From the NCBI GenBank assembly GCA_965248755.1, contig OZ252149.1:2176001-2240000 (forward strand): a stretch of DNA of 64,000 bases, given 5' to 3'. Shown piece by piece: positions 11,018 through 20,558 of this stretch. Position 1 is the first letter of the stretch. Each line of letters begins with the position of its first letter. The notes below the pieces were generated by a model, which saw nothing but the letters and a program-made list of their open reading frames with translations, searched no databases and was not told the DNA's origin. Origin of the DNA: Candidatus Latescibacterota bacterium (GTDB lineage: Bacteria; Latescibacterota; CBDEFO01). A program made the position numbers and the translations under genes.

Positions 11018-12265
11018 ACGAGAAATCTGTTGATTTTATGGTCCATGGCGTTATGGATGGTTTTCGCCTGTGGAAGGGACGAAGGAGGTCCTGTTGGCCC
11101 GTCAACTAGCGATTCTTTTCAAATTAAGACCGTCATTTCCCGTGCCATAGAACAGGACGCCAATCCGGAGATCGTTCGCATTGTTCCAGGGACAGATAAC
11201 CGAGCTGTCTTCGTGTCTTCAGCCGTAAACAGACTCACCCTGATTGACTATATGGCGACAGACTTTAATTTTAGCTCCGTTTACGCTCTGGATCCGGGCT
11301 CTGCAACCTCCGAGATGACAGCAATAGATGTTTCACCGGACGGTCAATACATTGCAGTTACAGTGGCCGAAGTTGACTGCGCAAAAGGCTGGATCCTTTT
11401 GGTCAAAATTTACGATGGGACAATCGAAAAACGCATCCAAGTCGGCTATAATCCCGATTCTGCCGCCTTTTCCAATGATGGTAAATGGATTGTTGTTTCC
11501 AACGAAGACGATCGTGAAGATAGACCTTGTAAGCCCGCTGAACGCTTTGGCGGCAGCGTTTCTGTTATAGATTTGAGCAAGGGTGTTACCCATGCAGAGG
11601 TGACACAGGAGATAAGAGTTGACCATGCCGAAGATTCGGAGCCTGAGGGCGTTGAAATATCGCCCGACAACAACACGGTTATCGTCTCTGTGCAGGAGAC
11701 AAGCGAAATCGGCATATTTGAACTGTCAGATGTCCCTGATGCAACTATGACCTTTGTCCCTTTACCAGATGTTGAAGGATTACCCGCCGAGCCCGACGGT
11801 CTTGCGATTTCACCTGATGGCGCCTACGCCTTGATTTCAAATGAGAAGAACGGCTCATTCAGTATGATGAGCCTTACAGATGGGACTCTTCTGAGCACCT
11901 ATCTAGTTGAGGACGATGTTCCTGCGCCTCCCTATAATATCGATCAGCGCAAGTCGACGAAAAGGACCGAACCGGAAGAGTGTGTCCTAATCGAAAAAGA
12001 TGGCAAGCTGTATGCGCTAATTGCCTTACAGGAATCCCATGCGGTGGTAGTTTACGATGTCACCGATCCGACGGATCCCAAATTGGATTCCATTGCTCCG
12101 ACCGGTGTTGACTATGAAAATGATATTGGTATGGAAAAGAGCACTATAGGTACAGAGGGATTATCAGCCCATCCTGAAAATGGAATTGTATTTACTGCAA
12201 ATGAGAGAGAAGGTTCTATTACTATGCTCTCTGCCCTGTGGGCTCGGGAGACAGCGCTTCCATAG
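11018..12265 (+). CDS. Lipoprotein with beta-propeller, choice-of-anchor I-like
   Basis: VFAC lipobox, repeated SPDG, EPEG/EPEE motifs, ANE motifs; probable ACG start at 11018 after AAGGAGG. Confidence 0.65.
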   Translation, partial: TRNLLILWSMALWMVFACGRDEGGPVGPSTSDSFQIKTVISRAIEQDANPEIVRIVPGTDNRAVFVSSAVNRLTLIDYMATDFNFSSVYALDPGSATSEMTAIDVSPDGQYIAVTVAEVDCAKGWILLVKIYDGTIEKRIQVGYNPDSAAFSNDGKWIVVSNEDDREDRPCKPAERFGGSVSVIDLSKGVTHAEVTQEIRVDHAEDSEPEGVEISPDNNTVIVSVQETSEIGIFELSDVPDATMTFVPLPDVEGLPAEPDGLAISPDGAYALISNEKNGSFSMMSLTDGTLLSTYLVEDDVPAPPYNIDQRKSTKRTEPEECVLIEKDGKLYALIALQESHAVVVYDVTDPTDPKLDSIAPTGVDYENDIGMEKSTIGTEGLSAHPENGIVFTANEREGSITMLSALWARETALP

Positions 12266-12275
12266 GGAGAAGGTT

Positions 12276-13193
12276 ATGCTTAGGACAATTGTGGTTGGTT
12301 TGATTTTGACTTTGGGGCTTCTGTTGGAAAGCGTCGCTTATAGCCGAGAAAAGCCTAAACAACGTGTCCTTACTCTAGGCAAGGCCACTGACAAAGTATC
12401 GGAAAAACAGAGGGAGTTCGAGCCTATTATAGACTATTTGGCATCAAAGCTTAAGGATGTGGGCATTGAAAAAGGTGAGGTGATACTTGCGGGTGATAAT
12501 AACAACGCTACTATAATTAAGTATCTGAAAGAGGGAAGGATCGACATCATTTTAGATACTCCGTTTGCGGCGTTCCTGTACAAAGCTGAGGTAAGTGCTA
12601 CTCCGATTCTTTTAGCTTGGAGAAAGGGAATGTCTGAGTATAATAGCTTTGTGTTTGTTCGAAGGGACAGTGGAATACGTCGATTGGAAGATTTGAAGGG
12701 GAAGATAATCGCCTTCGAGGATCCGGTGTCAACCTCAGCTTACCTCCTTCCCATGTGCTCAATGAAGATAAAGGGCCTGGATCTGGTTGAATTAGATCAC
12801 TTTGATTCCTCTGTTCCGCCGGGTAAGATAGGCTATATTTTTTCCGGCTCAGAGTTGAATATCTCCAGCTGGGTGTACTATAACAAGGTCACTGCTGGAG
12901 CTTTGAGCAACTTGGATTGGGTTAATTCAAGGGAGAACCCAGAGGCTTATAGAGAGGAGTTTGAGATTATTTATGAGACCCAGAAGGTTCCCAGAATGTT
13001 CGTGATAGTCCGAGCGGGGCTGGAAAAGAAAGTGGTGGATAGGATTAAAGAAGAACTGCTCAAGATGGATAAGAGCGAAGAAGGTAGAGAAGCCCTTAAA
13101 CCGCGCCACATAAATAGATTCGTTGAAATTCCAGAAGAGGGCCTAAAGCTTATTGGTGACGTGTTAAAGACTTGTGCAGAGGAGGTTCGCTAA
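12276..13193 (+). CDS. Phosphate/phosphite/phosphonate substrate-binding protein (PhnD-like)
   Basis: Signal peptide, Y.S..FVRRDSGI..LEDLKGK.IAF.DP.STSAYL.P. Confidence 0.85.
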   Translation: MLRTIVVGLILTLGLLLESVAYSREKPKQRVLTLGKATDKVSEKQREFEPIIDYLASKLKDVGIEKGEVILAGDNNNATIIKYLKEGRIDIILDTPFAAFLYKAEVSATPILLAWRKGMSEYNSFVFVRRDSGIRRLEDLKGKIIAFEDPVSTSAYLLPMCSMKIKGLDLVELDHFDSSVPPGKIGYIFSGSELNISSWVYYNKVTAGALSNLDWVNSRENPEAYREEFEIIYETQKVPRMFVIVRAGLEKKVVDRIKEELLKMDKSEEGREALKPRHINRFVEIPEEGLKLIGDVLKTCAEEVR

Positions 13194-13195
13194 GA

Positions 13196-16100
13196 ATGTT
13201 CCCATTCAGAAGCATCCGGACAAAGTTAATGTTATTTACCGCGCTTGTGATCCTCCTGACTGTAGTGGTTTTTATTGCCGTTGTAATAGATCTTCACCGG
13301 CGGAGTTTCTCTGATGTAGAACGCATTAACAAAGTCCTTATGGAGAATGCTCTTCAGCAAGAATGGGATCAGAAAATAAGTGATCTAACAACCCTACTGG
13401 CCAAAAAGCTTGTGGAGCCTATGCATGAAATTGACATTTTCGAAATGGACTATCTTGCCAGGTTGGCCATGGAGGGGAAGGGCATCCTCTATATTTACGT
13501 CCATGATGAAGAAGGGAGGGTTCAGGTTGATGGGACTAAAGAGTCTAAATTGACCGGGAGGATGCTTACCGATCAGCTTACTAAAGGGGCGATTGCTTCC
13601 AAAGATTTGTTAATACAAAGGCAGGAAAATATCTTTGATATATCGGCGCCTATTATGCTTGGGCGAAAGAGACTGGGTATTGTCCGTGTCGGTTTCTCTC
13701 CCGAAGGGATTCAAGAAACCATCGCTCAGATGACCAAAGATGTCGCTTATAGCAAAGATCAAGGGATTAGGATAGCCATAAGAAATACGCTCTTTTGGGC
13801 GTTAGTGATTGTGATTATAGCAATAGTTTTAGGCGCGTTTTATGTTCGCAGGTTACTTTCGCCTATTAATATGCTGGTGAGGGGAACGAAGAGGATAGCG
13901 ACAGGAGATCTCACCTACAGAATAGAGACAGAGTCAGAGGATGAGATCGGCCACTTAGCTGATTCATTCAACCTGATGGTTGATAAATTGGAATATGTAA
14001 ACAAAAACCTGGAAAGACGGGTAGAAATACGAACGGAAGAATTGCAAGGGGAAATATATGAGCGCATTCAGGCGGAGGAGGCATTAAGAGAATCCGAGGA
14101 AAGGTATAGGAGTATATTTGAAAAAGCCCCTGTATCGATTGTCTTATTGGACAAGGATGGTAAAGTAGTCGACATTAATCCTTATCACATAGATCACATA
14201 GGCAAGGGGAAAACTTCTAAAAAAGAATACCTTGGGGAAGATTTTGTAACTCGCTTAAGTATTGTAAATACAGGTATTGCGGAGAGTTACACAAGAGTGA
14301 TCAAAGGAGAGTCTTTGGATTTAAGGGATGTGTATTTCCCCACGACAACTGGGGGTACTGATGCTTATTTCAATGTGAAAGGAGTTCCCTTTTTCAAAAA
14401 TGGTACGGTGATTGGTGCTATTATTATACATGAAAACATCACCGAGCGCAAGCGGATAGAGGAAGAACTGCGATTTAGGAACATTATCCTATCGACTCAG
14501 CAGGAAACTTCGATCGACGGGATCATTGTGGTGGATAGTAAAGGGAAGTGGCTCTCTTTCAACCAGCGATTTATTGACATGTGGGGTATCACTCCTGAGG
14601 TTGAAGAGGCAAGGTCCAGCGAGCGTGCCTTACAGTCGGTGTTGAACAAGCTAGTCGATCCAGAGCAGTTCCTTGCACGGGTGAATTATCTCTATGAACA
14701 CCGCAACGAGAAGAGCTATGATGAGATTGCATTGGTGAACGGCGTAACGTTCGAACGCTACTCCGCCCCGATGTTCAGTCCGGATGGAGAGTACTATGGT
14801 CGGGTCTGGTATCATCACGACATCACCGAGCGCAAGCAGGCGGAGAAGACACTGCAGGAATCTGAGGAATTGTACCGTACTTTGGTTAACAATTCTGTTT
14901 TAGGCTTGGGCATTATCACTTCAAACAAACCATTATTTTGGAGTAACCAGCGTTTAACTGAAATAACAGGTTATACGAAAGAAGAGTACCAGTCCCCTGA
15001 GTTCAATTTCATGAACTTGTTTTTAAAAGAGGATCATAAGTTAATTGAAACCAATATGAGAAACAGGCTTGCTGGCGAACATATTCCTCCTTATGAAATT
15101 CGACTTATAACGAAGGACGAGACGGTCAAATGGATAGAAGTTGGTAATGTATCTGTCAGGTACAAAGGAAAACGTGCTATCCAGCTTCAATTGCTAGACA
15201 TCACGGAGCGCAAGCGGGTGGAAGAGACGCTACGGGAAAGCGAAGCAAAATACAGGATGCTCATTGAGCGTTTACCGATAGGGATTACTATAACGAAACC
15301 GGACGAGACTACCTACTATAATCCGGAAGGTTTGGAGATGTTGGGGTTGGAGCCGAGCGACATCGTTAGCATAAAACCTTCTGATGTCTATGTAGACCTC
15401 AAAGACCGAGAAGAGCTACTGGAACACCTCAATCGTTATGGACACCACGAGTATGAGCACTGGCTCCGACGGAAGGATGGAAAGAATATCCTGGTGCGAG
15501 GCCACAGTGTGGCTATTTGGGATGGACATGGTCAGCTTGACAGATTTGAAGGCTATATGGAGGACATCACCGAGCGCGTTAAAATGGAAGCGGAGCTTCT
15601 AAGAATCAGCAAACTTGAATCGATAGGTATCCTTTCTGCTGGAATTGCTCACGACTTTAATAATATTCTAGCTACAATTATGGTTAATGTCTCCCTTGCA
15701 AAGATATATGCAGAGTCGGGAGATAAAATCTGTGAAGTATTGACAAATGTGGAAAAAGCGTCCATGAGGGCAAAGGACTTGACCCAGCAATTGCTTACCT
15801 TTTCCAAAGGCGGAGCACCAATTAAGAAAACAGTCGCTATCCCAGGGCTGATAAAAGATTCAATTGACTTTGCCTTGAGAGGCTCCAATGCTACGGGTGA
15901 AATTTCCATGCCAGACGATCTTTGGGCGGTCGAAGTTGATGAAGGACAGATAAGTCAGGTCATCAACAATTTGATTATCAATGCTTACCAGGCAATGCCT
16001 GAAGGCGGGACAATTAAGGTGCGTGCTGAAAATGTTTCTGTGGGAGCAAAACACTCTCTCCCTTTGCAGGAGGGAAAATATATAAAAATATGTGTTGAAG

Positions 16101-16732
16101 ATCAGGGGATCGGTATATCCCAGGAGCATCTTGATAAGATATTCGATCCCTTTTTCACGACTAAACAGGAAGGCAGCGGCCTTGGTCTTACGATTTCCTA
16201 TTCCATAATTACAAACCACGATGGGTACATAAGTGTAGAATCCGAGCTGGGAGTTGGAACTACCTTCCATATCTATCTCCCCGGTACCTCAAAAGAAATA
16301 CAGATAAAGGAAGATGTAGAGGAAAGACCCCTTGCCGGCAAAGGCAAGATTTTGATAATGGACGATGAGGTAGACATCAGAGAGTCTGTCAGCCAAGCAC
16401 TGACTCATTTTGGATATAAGGCACAGTTTGCCGAAGATGGCGCCGCAGCTATCAAGCTTTACAAGCAGGCCCAGAAATCAGGACAGCCCTTTGATGCAGT
16501 TATTATGGATTTAACTGTGCCTGGCGGTATCGGGGGAAAAGAAGCCATCAGGAAGCTGCTTGAAATAGACCCTGAGGTTAAGGCAATTGTATCGAGCGGT
16601 TATTCTAAGGATCCAGTATTAGCCAATTTCAGGCAATATGGTTTTAGCAGTTTTGTTGCCAAACCATATAAGGTCGAAGAACTGAGCAAGATATTGCACG
16701 AGGTGATAATGGGAACGAGTGAATCATCCTAA
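13196..16732 (+). CDS. Membrane hybrid sensor histidine kinase (sensor, HAMP, 4 PAS, HisKA, HATPase, REC)
   Basis: Two TM helices, DEIG.LA.SFN HAMP, four xITERK/V junctions, GIAHDFNN, NL..NA, DQGIG, FDPFFTTK, GSGLGL, REC MDDE/MDL/KP. Confidence 0.93.
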   Translation: MFPFRSIRTKLMLFTALVILLTVVVFIAVVIDLHRRSFSDVERINKVLMENALQQEWDQKISDLTTLLAKKLVEPMHEIDIFEMDYLARLAMEGKGILYIYVHDEEGRVQVDGTKESKLTGRMLTDQLTKGAIASKDLLIQRQENIFDISAPIMLGRKRLGIVRVGFSPEGIQETIAQMTKDVAYSKDQGIRIAIRNTLFWALVIVIIAIVLGAFYVRRLLSPINMLVRGTKRIATGDLTYRIETESEDEIGHLADSFNLMVDKLEYVNKNLERRVEIRTEELQGEIYERIQAEEALRESEERYRSIFEKAPVSIVLLDKDGKVVDINPYHIDHIGKGKTSKKEYLGEDFVTRLSIVNTGIAESYTRVIKGESLDLRDVYFPTTTGGTDAYFNVKGVPFFKNGTVIGAIIIHENITERKRIEEELRFRNIILSTQQETSIDGIIVVDSKGKWLSFNQRFIDMWGITPEVEEARSSERALQSVLNKLVDPEQFLARVNYLYEHRNEKSYDEIALVNGVTFERYSAPMFSPDGEYYGRVWYHHDITERKQAEKTLQESEELYRTLVNNSVLGLGIITSNKPLFWSNQRLTEITGYTKEEYQSPEFNFMNLFLKEDHKLIETNMRNRLAGEHIPPYEIRLITKDETVKWIEVGNVSVRYKGKRAIQLQLLDITERKRVEETLRESEAKYRMLIERLPIGITITKPDETTYYNPEGLEMLGLEPSDIVSIKPSDVYVDLKDREELLEHLNRYGHHEYEHWLRRKDGKNILVRGHSVAIWDGHGQLDRFEGYMEDITERVKMEAELLRISKLESIGILSAGIAHDFNNILATIMVNVSLAKIYAESGDKICEVLTNVEKASMRAKDLTQQLLTFSKGGAPIKKTVAIPGLIKDSIDFALRGSNATGEISMPDDLWAVEVDEGQISQVINNLIINAYQAMPEGGTIKVRAENVSVGAKHSLPLQEGKYIKICVEDQGIGISQEHLDKIFDPFFTTKQEGSGLGLTISYSIITNHDGYISVESELGVGTTFHIYLPGTSKEIQIKEDVEERPLAGKGKILIMDDEVDIRESVSQALTHFGYKAQFAEDGAAAIKLYKQAQKSGQPFDAVIMDLTVPGGIGGKEAIRKLLEIDPEVKAIVSSGYSKDPVLANFRQYGFSSFVAKPYKVEELSKILHEVIMGTSESS

Positions 16733-16780
16733 AGGTAAAGAGTCTCTACATGTAGAACGGTCGGCGATACTCGAACACAC

Positions 16781-16810
16781 AGTCCGTCATAAATGGCGGG
16801 CTTTCTTTTT
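16781..16810 (+). terminator. Intrinsic terminator after kinase gene
   Basis: AGTCCGTCAT-aa-ATGGCGGGCT stem followed by T-rich tract. Confidence 0.65.
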
Positions 16811-16950
16811 ATATAGTATTTATAGAATAGTTTATTCATACTAAATAATTGTAGAATATATATGTTATGATTTGAAAAAGGTTGACAAAGAGTCGGTATC
16901 GTCCATACCGCTCCCCTTGACAGAGCGACAAATATTTCGCAAATTGGGGT

Positions 16951-17280
16951 TTGAGAAGGGAGGTCAAGGTGTCGAGCCCCGAAGTGAAAGATGGTAAGCG
17001 CTGGACGGCGACCCGTAAGGGAGAGATTGTGTTGGCTCTTTTGAGAGGAGCAGATCTATCTGAGGTGTGTCGTAAGAATGGAATTAGCCAGTCGCAGGCG
17101 TATGCTTGGCGTGATAGTTTCTTAGAAGGGGGCCAGGAGAGTCTGAAGTCTCGGCGTGGTCGCAAGGATCCGAAGGAGCGAGAGGTTAGCCGGTTGGAGC
17201 GCAAGGTAGGGCAGTTGACGCTCCAGTTGGAGATACTCGAAGAGGTAGCCCGTCTAAAAAAAACGAAGCGGTTGCCTTGA
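16951..17280 (+). CDS. IS3 OrfA (HTH plus leucine zipper)
   Basis: RWTA.RK.EIVL, HTH, LERKVGQLT; A8 slippery run 17256-17263; GTG at 16969 may be the real start. Confidence 0.88.
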   Translation: MRREVKVSSPEVKDGKRWTATRKGEIVLALLRGADLSEVCRKNGISQSQAYAWRDSFLEGGQESLKSRRGRKDPKEREVSRLERKVGQLTLQLEILEEVARLKKTKRLP

Positions 17281-18140
17281 GTGGGCGGTTTTTGGGTCGA
17301 GGCTATTCCCGCAAGGTGGTAGCTTTGGCTTTGGGTTTGCATCGTTCGACTCTGTATAGGTTTAGGGATAGAGGTGTCAGTTCTTCTGTTAAAGAGCCTG
17401 TGATAGATGAGGAGCTTGCTTTTCGTATTCGAGGGATACTGGACCAAGAAGAGGCATTTGGTCACAGGCGGGTTTGGGCGCATCTTCGTTTCAAGGAAGG
17501 GGAATGTGTCAACGTTAAGAAGGTTCATAGGATAATGAAGCTTAAGGGGTGGCAGTGTAAGCTGTGGAATCGTCCCGGGAGAAAGGGGCCACAGGTTGCC
17601 CAGAAGCGTTCTGTGGTGGATAGTCCCGACAGTTTGTGGTCGAGTGACTTGACAAAGATTTACTGTGGAAAAGATGGTTGGTGTCCTCTTATTGCGGTGG
17701 TGGACAACGGAAGCCGGGAGGTTCCTGGGTATCGTTTTAGTCGAAAAGGGAGGGCACTGGAGGCCACAGATGCCCTGGATCGGGCCGTGATCTCTCGATA
17801 CACTTCCAAGGAGGCTGTCCCCCAGGGTCTCACTTTGCGCTCTGACAATGGTTCCATCTTTTTGGCTCGGGCCTATTTGGCCAGTACCGAATATTGGGGA
17901 ATTCGTCAGGAATACATACCAAGTGGTAAACCCGATTGGAACGGTGTTGTAGAGCGTTTTTTCAGGACCCTCAAGCAAGAGTGTGTTTGGCTTCACAAGT
18001 TTGAATCCTTTGAACAGGCTGAGAAGATCATATCTCAGTGGATCGATAATTACAACAAGAACAGGCTTCATTCATCCCTGGGATATAAGACCCCAAAAGA
18101 GTGGAGAAAACAATTTTATCTACTACCCCAGGTTGCTTAA
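17277..18140 (+). CDS. IS3 OrfB DDE transposase (in -1 frame to OrfA)
   Basis: WSSDLT, RSDNGS, NGVVERFFRTLKQE, YN..RLHSSLGY.TP. Confidence 0.93.
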   Translation: MSGRFLGRGYSRKVVALALGLHRSTLYRFRDRGVSSSVKEPVIDEELAFRIRGILDQEEAFGHRRVWAHLRFKEGECVNVKKVHRIMKLKGWQCKLWNRPGRKGPQVAQKRSVVDSPDSLWSSDLTKIYCGKDGWCPLIAVVDNGSREVPGYRFSRKGRALEATDALDRAVISRYTSKEAVPQGLTLRSDNGSIFLARAYLASTEYWGIRQEYIPSGKPDWNGVVERFFRTLKQECVWLHKFESFEQAEKIISQWIDNYNKNRLHSSLGYKTPKEWRKQFYLLPQVA

Positions 18141-18380
18141 TTGGTGTCGCTTTCCTGGGAAGCAGTACACGTCGTATATTAAGACCCTGTCCAGTTTGGG
18201 GTTCACGTCATATCAAAAGACAATAGTTGAAACTTTTTATCGACAAGTGCTTGATCCTAAATGCTTTTTACTAAGAGGACAGCGGCAAGGGGAATAGGCT
18301 TTTCCGCGATACTGTACAAAACCTTTAAACTGTCAGAACTTGAAGATGTGCTGACAAAAACTTTAGCATGAATTGAGCTA

Positions 18381-18989
18381 ATGATGAGGATTAAGACACT
18401 GATAATTGACGACGACAAAGAATTTAGCGATGCGCTTAGTCATTACCTTACTCAAGAGGGATTCGATGTTGAAAGTGTCACTGATCCCAAAAGGGCGATG
18501 GACAAACTTAAAAGTGCGATGCATCACGTGGTACTTCTGGATCTAAAAATGCCCGCAATAACAGGTGATGATCTCCTTGTAGACATAAGGAAGTTCGACT
18601 CGGATGTGTCTGTAATCGTAGTGACGGGTTACCCGAGTACGGAATCGGCTGTCACCACGATGAAGCTGGGCGTTACTGATTACATTACGAAACCATTCAG
18701 GATGCCAGAACTTTTAGATGTTATTCAAAAGGCTCTGGCTGAGAGGGGCCTGGAAATTGATCCTGACGAAAAGTTAGCATCAGAGATAGGACAAAGGATT
18801 CGAGCTTTAAGGCAGGAAAAAGGGTTAACGATCAAGCAGTTGGCAAACAGGACAGGGCTATCGCTAAGCCTAATATCCAAGATCGAATTGGGAGACAGTT
18901 CAGCTTCAATTTCTACTTTACGCAAGCTAGCCTCAGCCTTAAAAGTCCACATAAGTTACTTTTTTTTAGTGAGACAGGATAGAAATTAA
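18381..18989 (+). CDS. Response regulator, REC plus XRE-family HTH
   Basis: IIDDD, LLDLKMP, TKPF; C-terminal IG.RIRALRQEKGLT..QLA...GLS...ISKIE. Confidence 0.9.
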   Translation: MMRIKTLIIDDDKEFSDALSHYLTQEGFDVESVTDPKRAMDKLKSAMHHVVLLDLKMPAITGDDLLVDIRKFDSDVSVIVVTGYPSTESAVTTMKLGVTDYITKPFRMPELLDVIQKALAERGLEIDPDEKLASEIGQRIRALRQEKGLTIKQLANRTGLSLSLISKIELGDSSASISTLRKLASALKVHISYFFLVRQDRN

Positions 18990-19378
18990 ACTTATGATCG
19001 TGCAGGACATTTTAGACAAAAAGTTTGGCGATAGAAATGGAAGAGCGGGAATAAACCGAACCCGTTTTTCTGAGCACGAAATTGGACAAGTAAAGCAAGT
19101 TTTTCGCGTTGCTTGTACAGACTACCCGACTTGACAGTCTTACCTTTCTGTTATTGGGAATACGTATTCTACCAAATCGAGTGGTGCAAGATGACCTATT
19201 TCTAAATTACAGCTCTAAAGATACAAGGTTTATTTGACATAACAGCCCCCGTGGAGACTCATTTTGAGCTCTTGTCGACTTTAAGAAGTTGTTAAGCTAT
19301 GTGTCCAATTTGGATTTTCTGGGGTACACGTTACTGTTTTGGGAGAAGAGCCATCCGTTACGTGAAGGAGGATAAAAC

Positions 19379-19809
19379 ATGGCAACCGACTTCAAGATGC
19401 TGAACATGATAAGAAAGATCCCCATGTTTGGGGAACTTTCTGTGGATGAGGCAAAACTCGTGCTGAGCGCATGCCAGCAGAAGGACTATGAACCCAATGA
19501 GGTGATATTCAAATACGGGGGAGGCAGCAGTGAGATGTTGATCCTCATGTCGGGAAAACTGGACGTAAGGGGGCCTAGCGACGATCTTAACATAGCTGAA
19601 ATTAACCCTGGCAAATGGTAGGGGAAATGGACGTCCTCACGGGAAAGATCAGGTCAGCGACGGTAGTTTCTTCAGAAAAGTCAATAGCACTGAGCTTGAA
19701 CACCGCGGAGTTCGACAGACTGCTCAGAAAATACCACTATATAGGTCTCAAGATGTTAAGAAATGTTATAAACGATCTCTCTGTAAAGACCAGAATAAGC
19801 AATTCCTGA
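19379..19809 (+). pseudogene. Cyclic nucleotide-binding domain protein, frameshifted paralog of 21993-22631
   Basis: Near-identical N-terminus; 1-nt loss near 19611 (GGACAA to GGCAA); GEMG changed to GEMD; no C-terminal tail. Confidence 0.85.
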
Positions 19810-19966
19810 TTTTTTACGTAACCCTGTGTGTTTAGCGATGTATAGGAGCACCGCAGATCGATGCTAAGGTATTCTAATCACTCCAACGGGAAGGAGAATT
19901 ACCTTGGGAGTATAACGGAGGCACAACTTTGACCGAGCCGACCACTTGGGGAGAGGTAAAAGTTTC

Positions 19967-20365
19967 CTATTCAGTTTCTGAGGTTTGGGGGATTTCCGAT
20001 TCTACAGCTCCCCCTGTCTGAGCTGGAGAACCTGGCTCTTGCCCCTCTGTCACATCAGGAGGAGCAGCGGGAGGGGAAAATGGGCCTCTTCCTTCCTGCA
20101 CCCTTTCTGTTACGGTTTGAACTTGGCTGCCTTGAGAATAGAAGTGGCCGAGTACGAAACAGTTAAGAGCAAAGACAATTGCCAAGACTACGGTAGCTTT
20201 GTTAAGAAAGGTAGCGGTCCCTCTCCCACCTAGTACTCCCCCCCCCGCTTCACCCAATCCACCGAATGCCCCCGACAGTCCTCCACCCTTTCCGGACTGA
20301 AGGAGGATAGAGATAACTAAGGCTGCACTTACCAAAAGATGAACAATTATGAAAAAAGTAACCAT
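19967..20365 (-). CDS. secG: Preprotein translocase subunit SecG
   Basis: LVISILLQSGKGGGL...FGG, second TM FLNKATVVLA. Confidence 0.95.
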   Translation of the reverse strand: MVTFFIIVHLLVSAALVISILLQSGKGGGLSGAFGGLGEAGGGVLGGRGTATFLNKATVVLAIVFALNCFVLGHFYSQGSQVQTVTERVQEGRGPFSPPAAPPDVTEGQEPGSPAQTGGAVESEIPQTSETE

Positions 20366-20421
20366 TTGGTTTCAAGTCTCCTCTACCAGAATTTTCCCCC
20401 TCTACTATAGCATGCTTGTCA

Positions 20422-20450
20422 AATATAATAACAATCCCCGTAATCTGCAA
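20422..20450 (-). promoter_or_regulatory. Candidate secG promoter
   Basis: TTGCAG-N17-TATATT on minus strand. Confidence 0.55.
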
Positions 20451-20558
20451 GCCATTTTTCAGAAGGGAGCCTGCTAACGTAGCAGAGAGCATACAGGGTT
20501 GGGGGCCAGCGCCCTGCCCCGATTGAAGTATCGGGGCTTTCTAAAGATTGCTAGTTTA

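Larger units (their letters stand above)
16904..18169 (+). mobile_element. IS3-family insertion sequence, 1266 bp, 4-bp target duplication CGTC
   Basis: orfA/orfB organisation; imperfect terminal IRs (CATACCGCTCCCC..AGCGACA / TGTCGCT..GGGAAGCAGTACA); CGTC at 16900-16903 and 18170-18173. Confidence 0.9.

Noticed and set aside
14438..15577. Four copies of CATCAC(C/G)GAGCGC at irregular spacing
   Set aside because: They encode the ITER junction after each PAS domain; not CRISPR or a DNA element
16836..18071. 411-aa minus-strand ORF
   Set aside because: Antisense shadow of the IS3 transposase; no recognisable motifs
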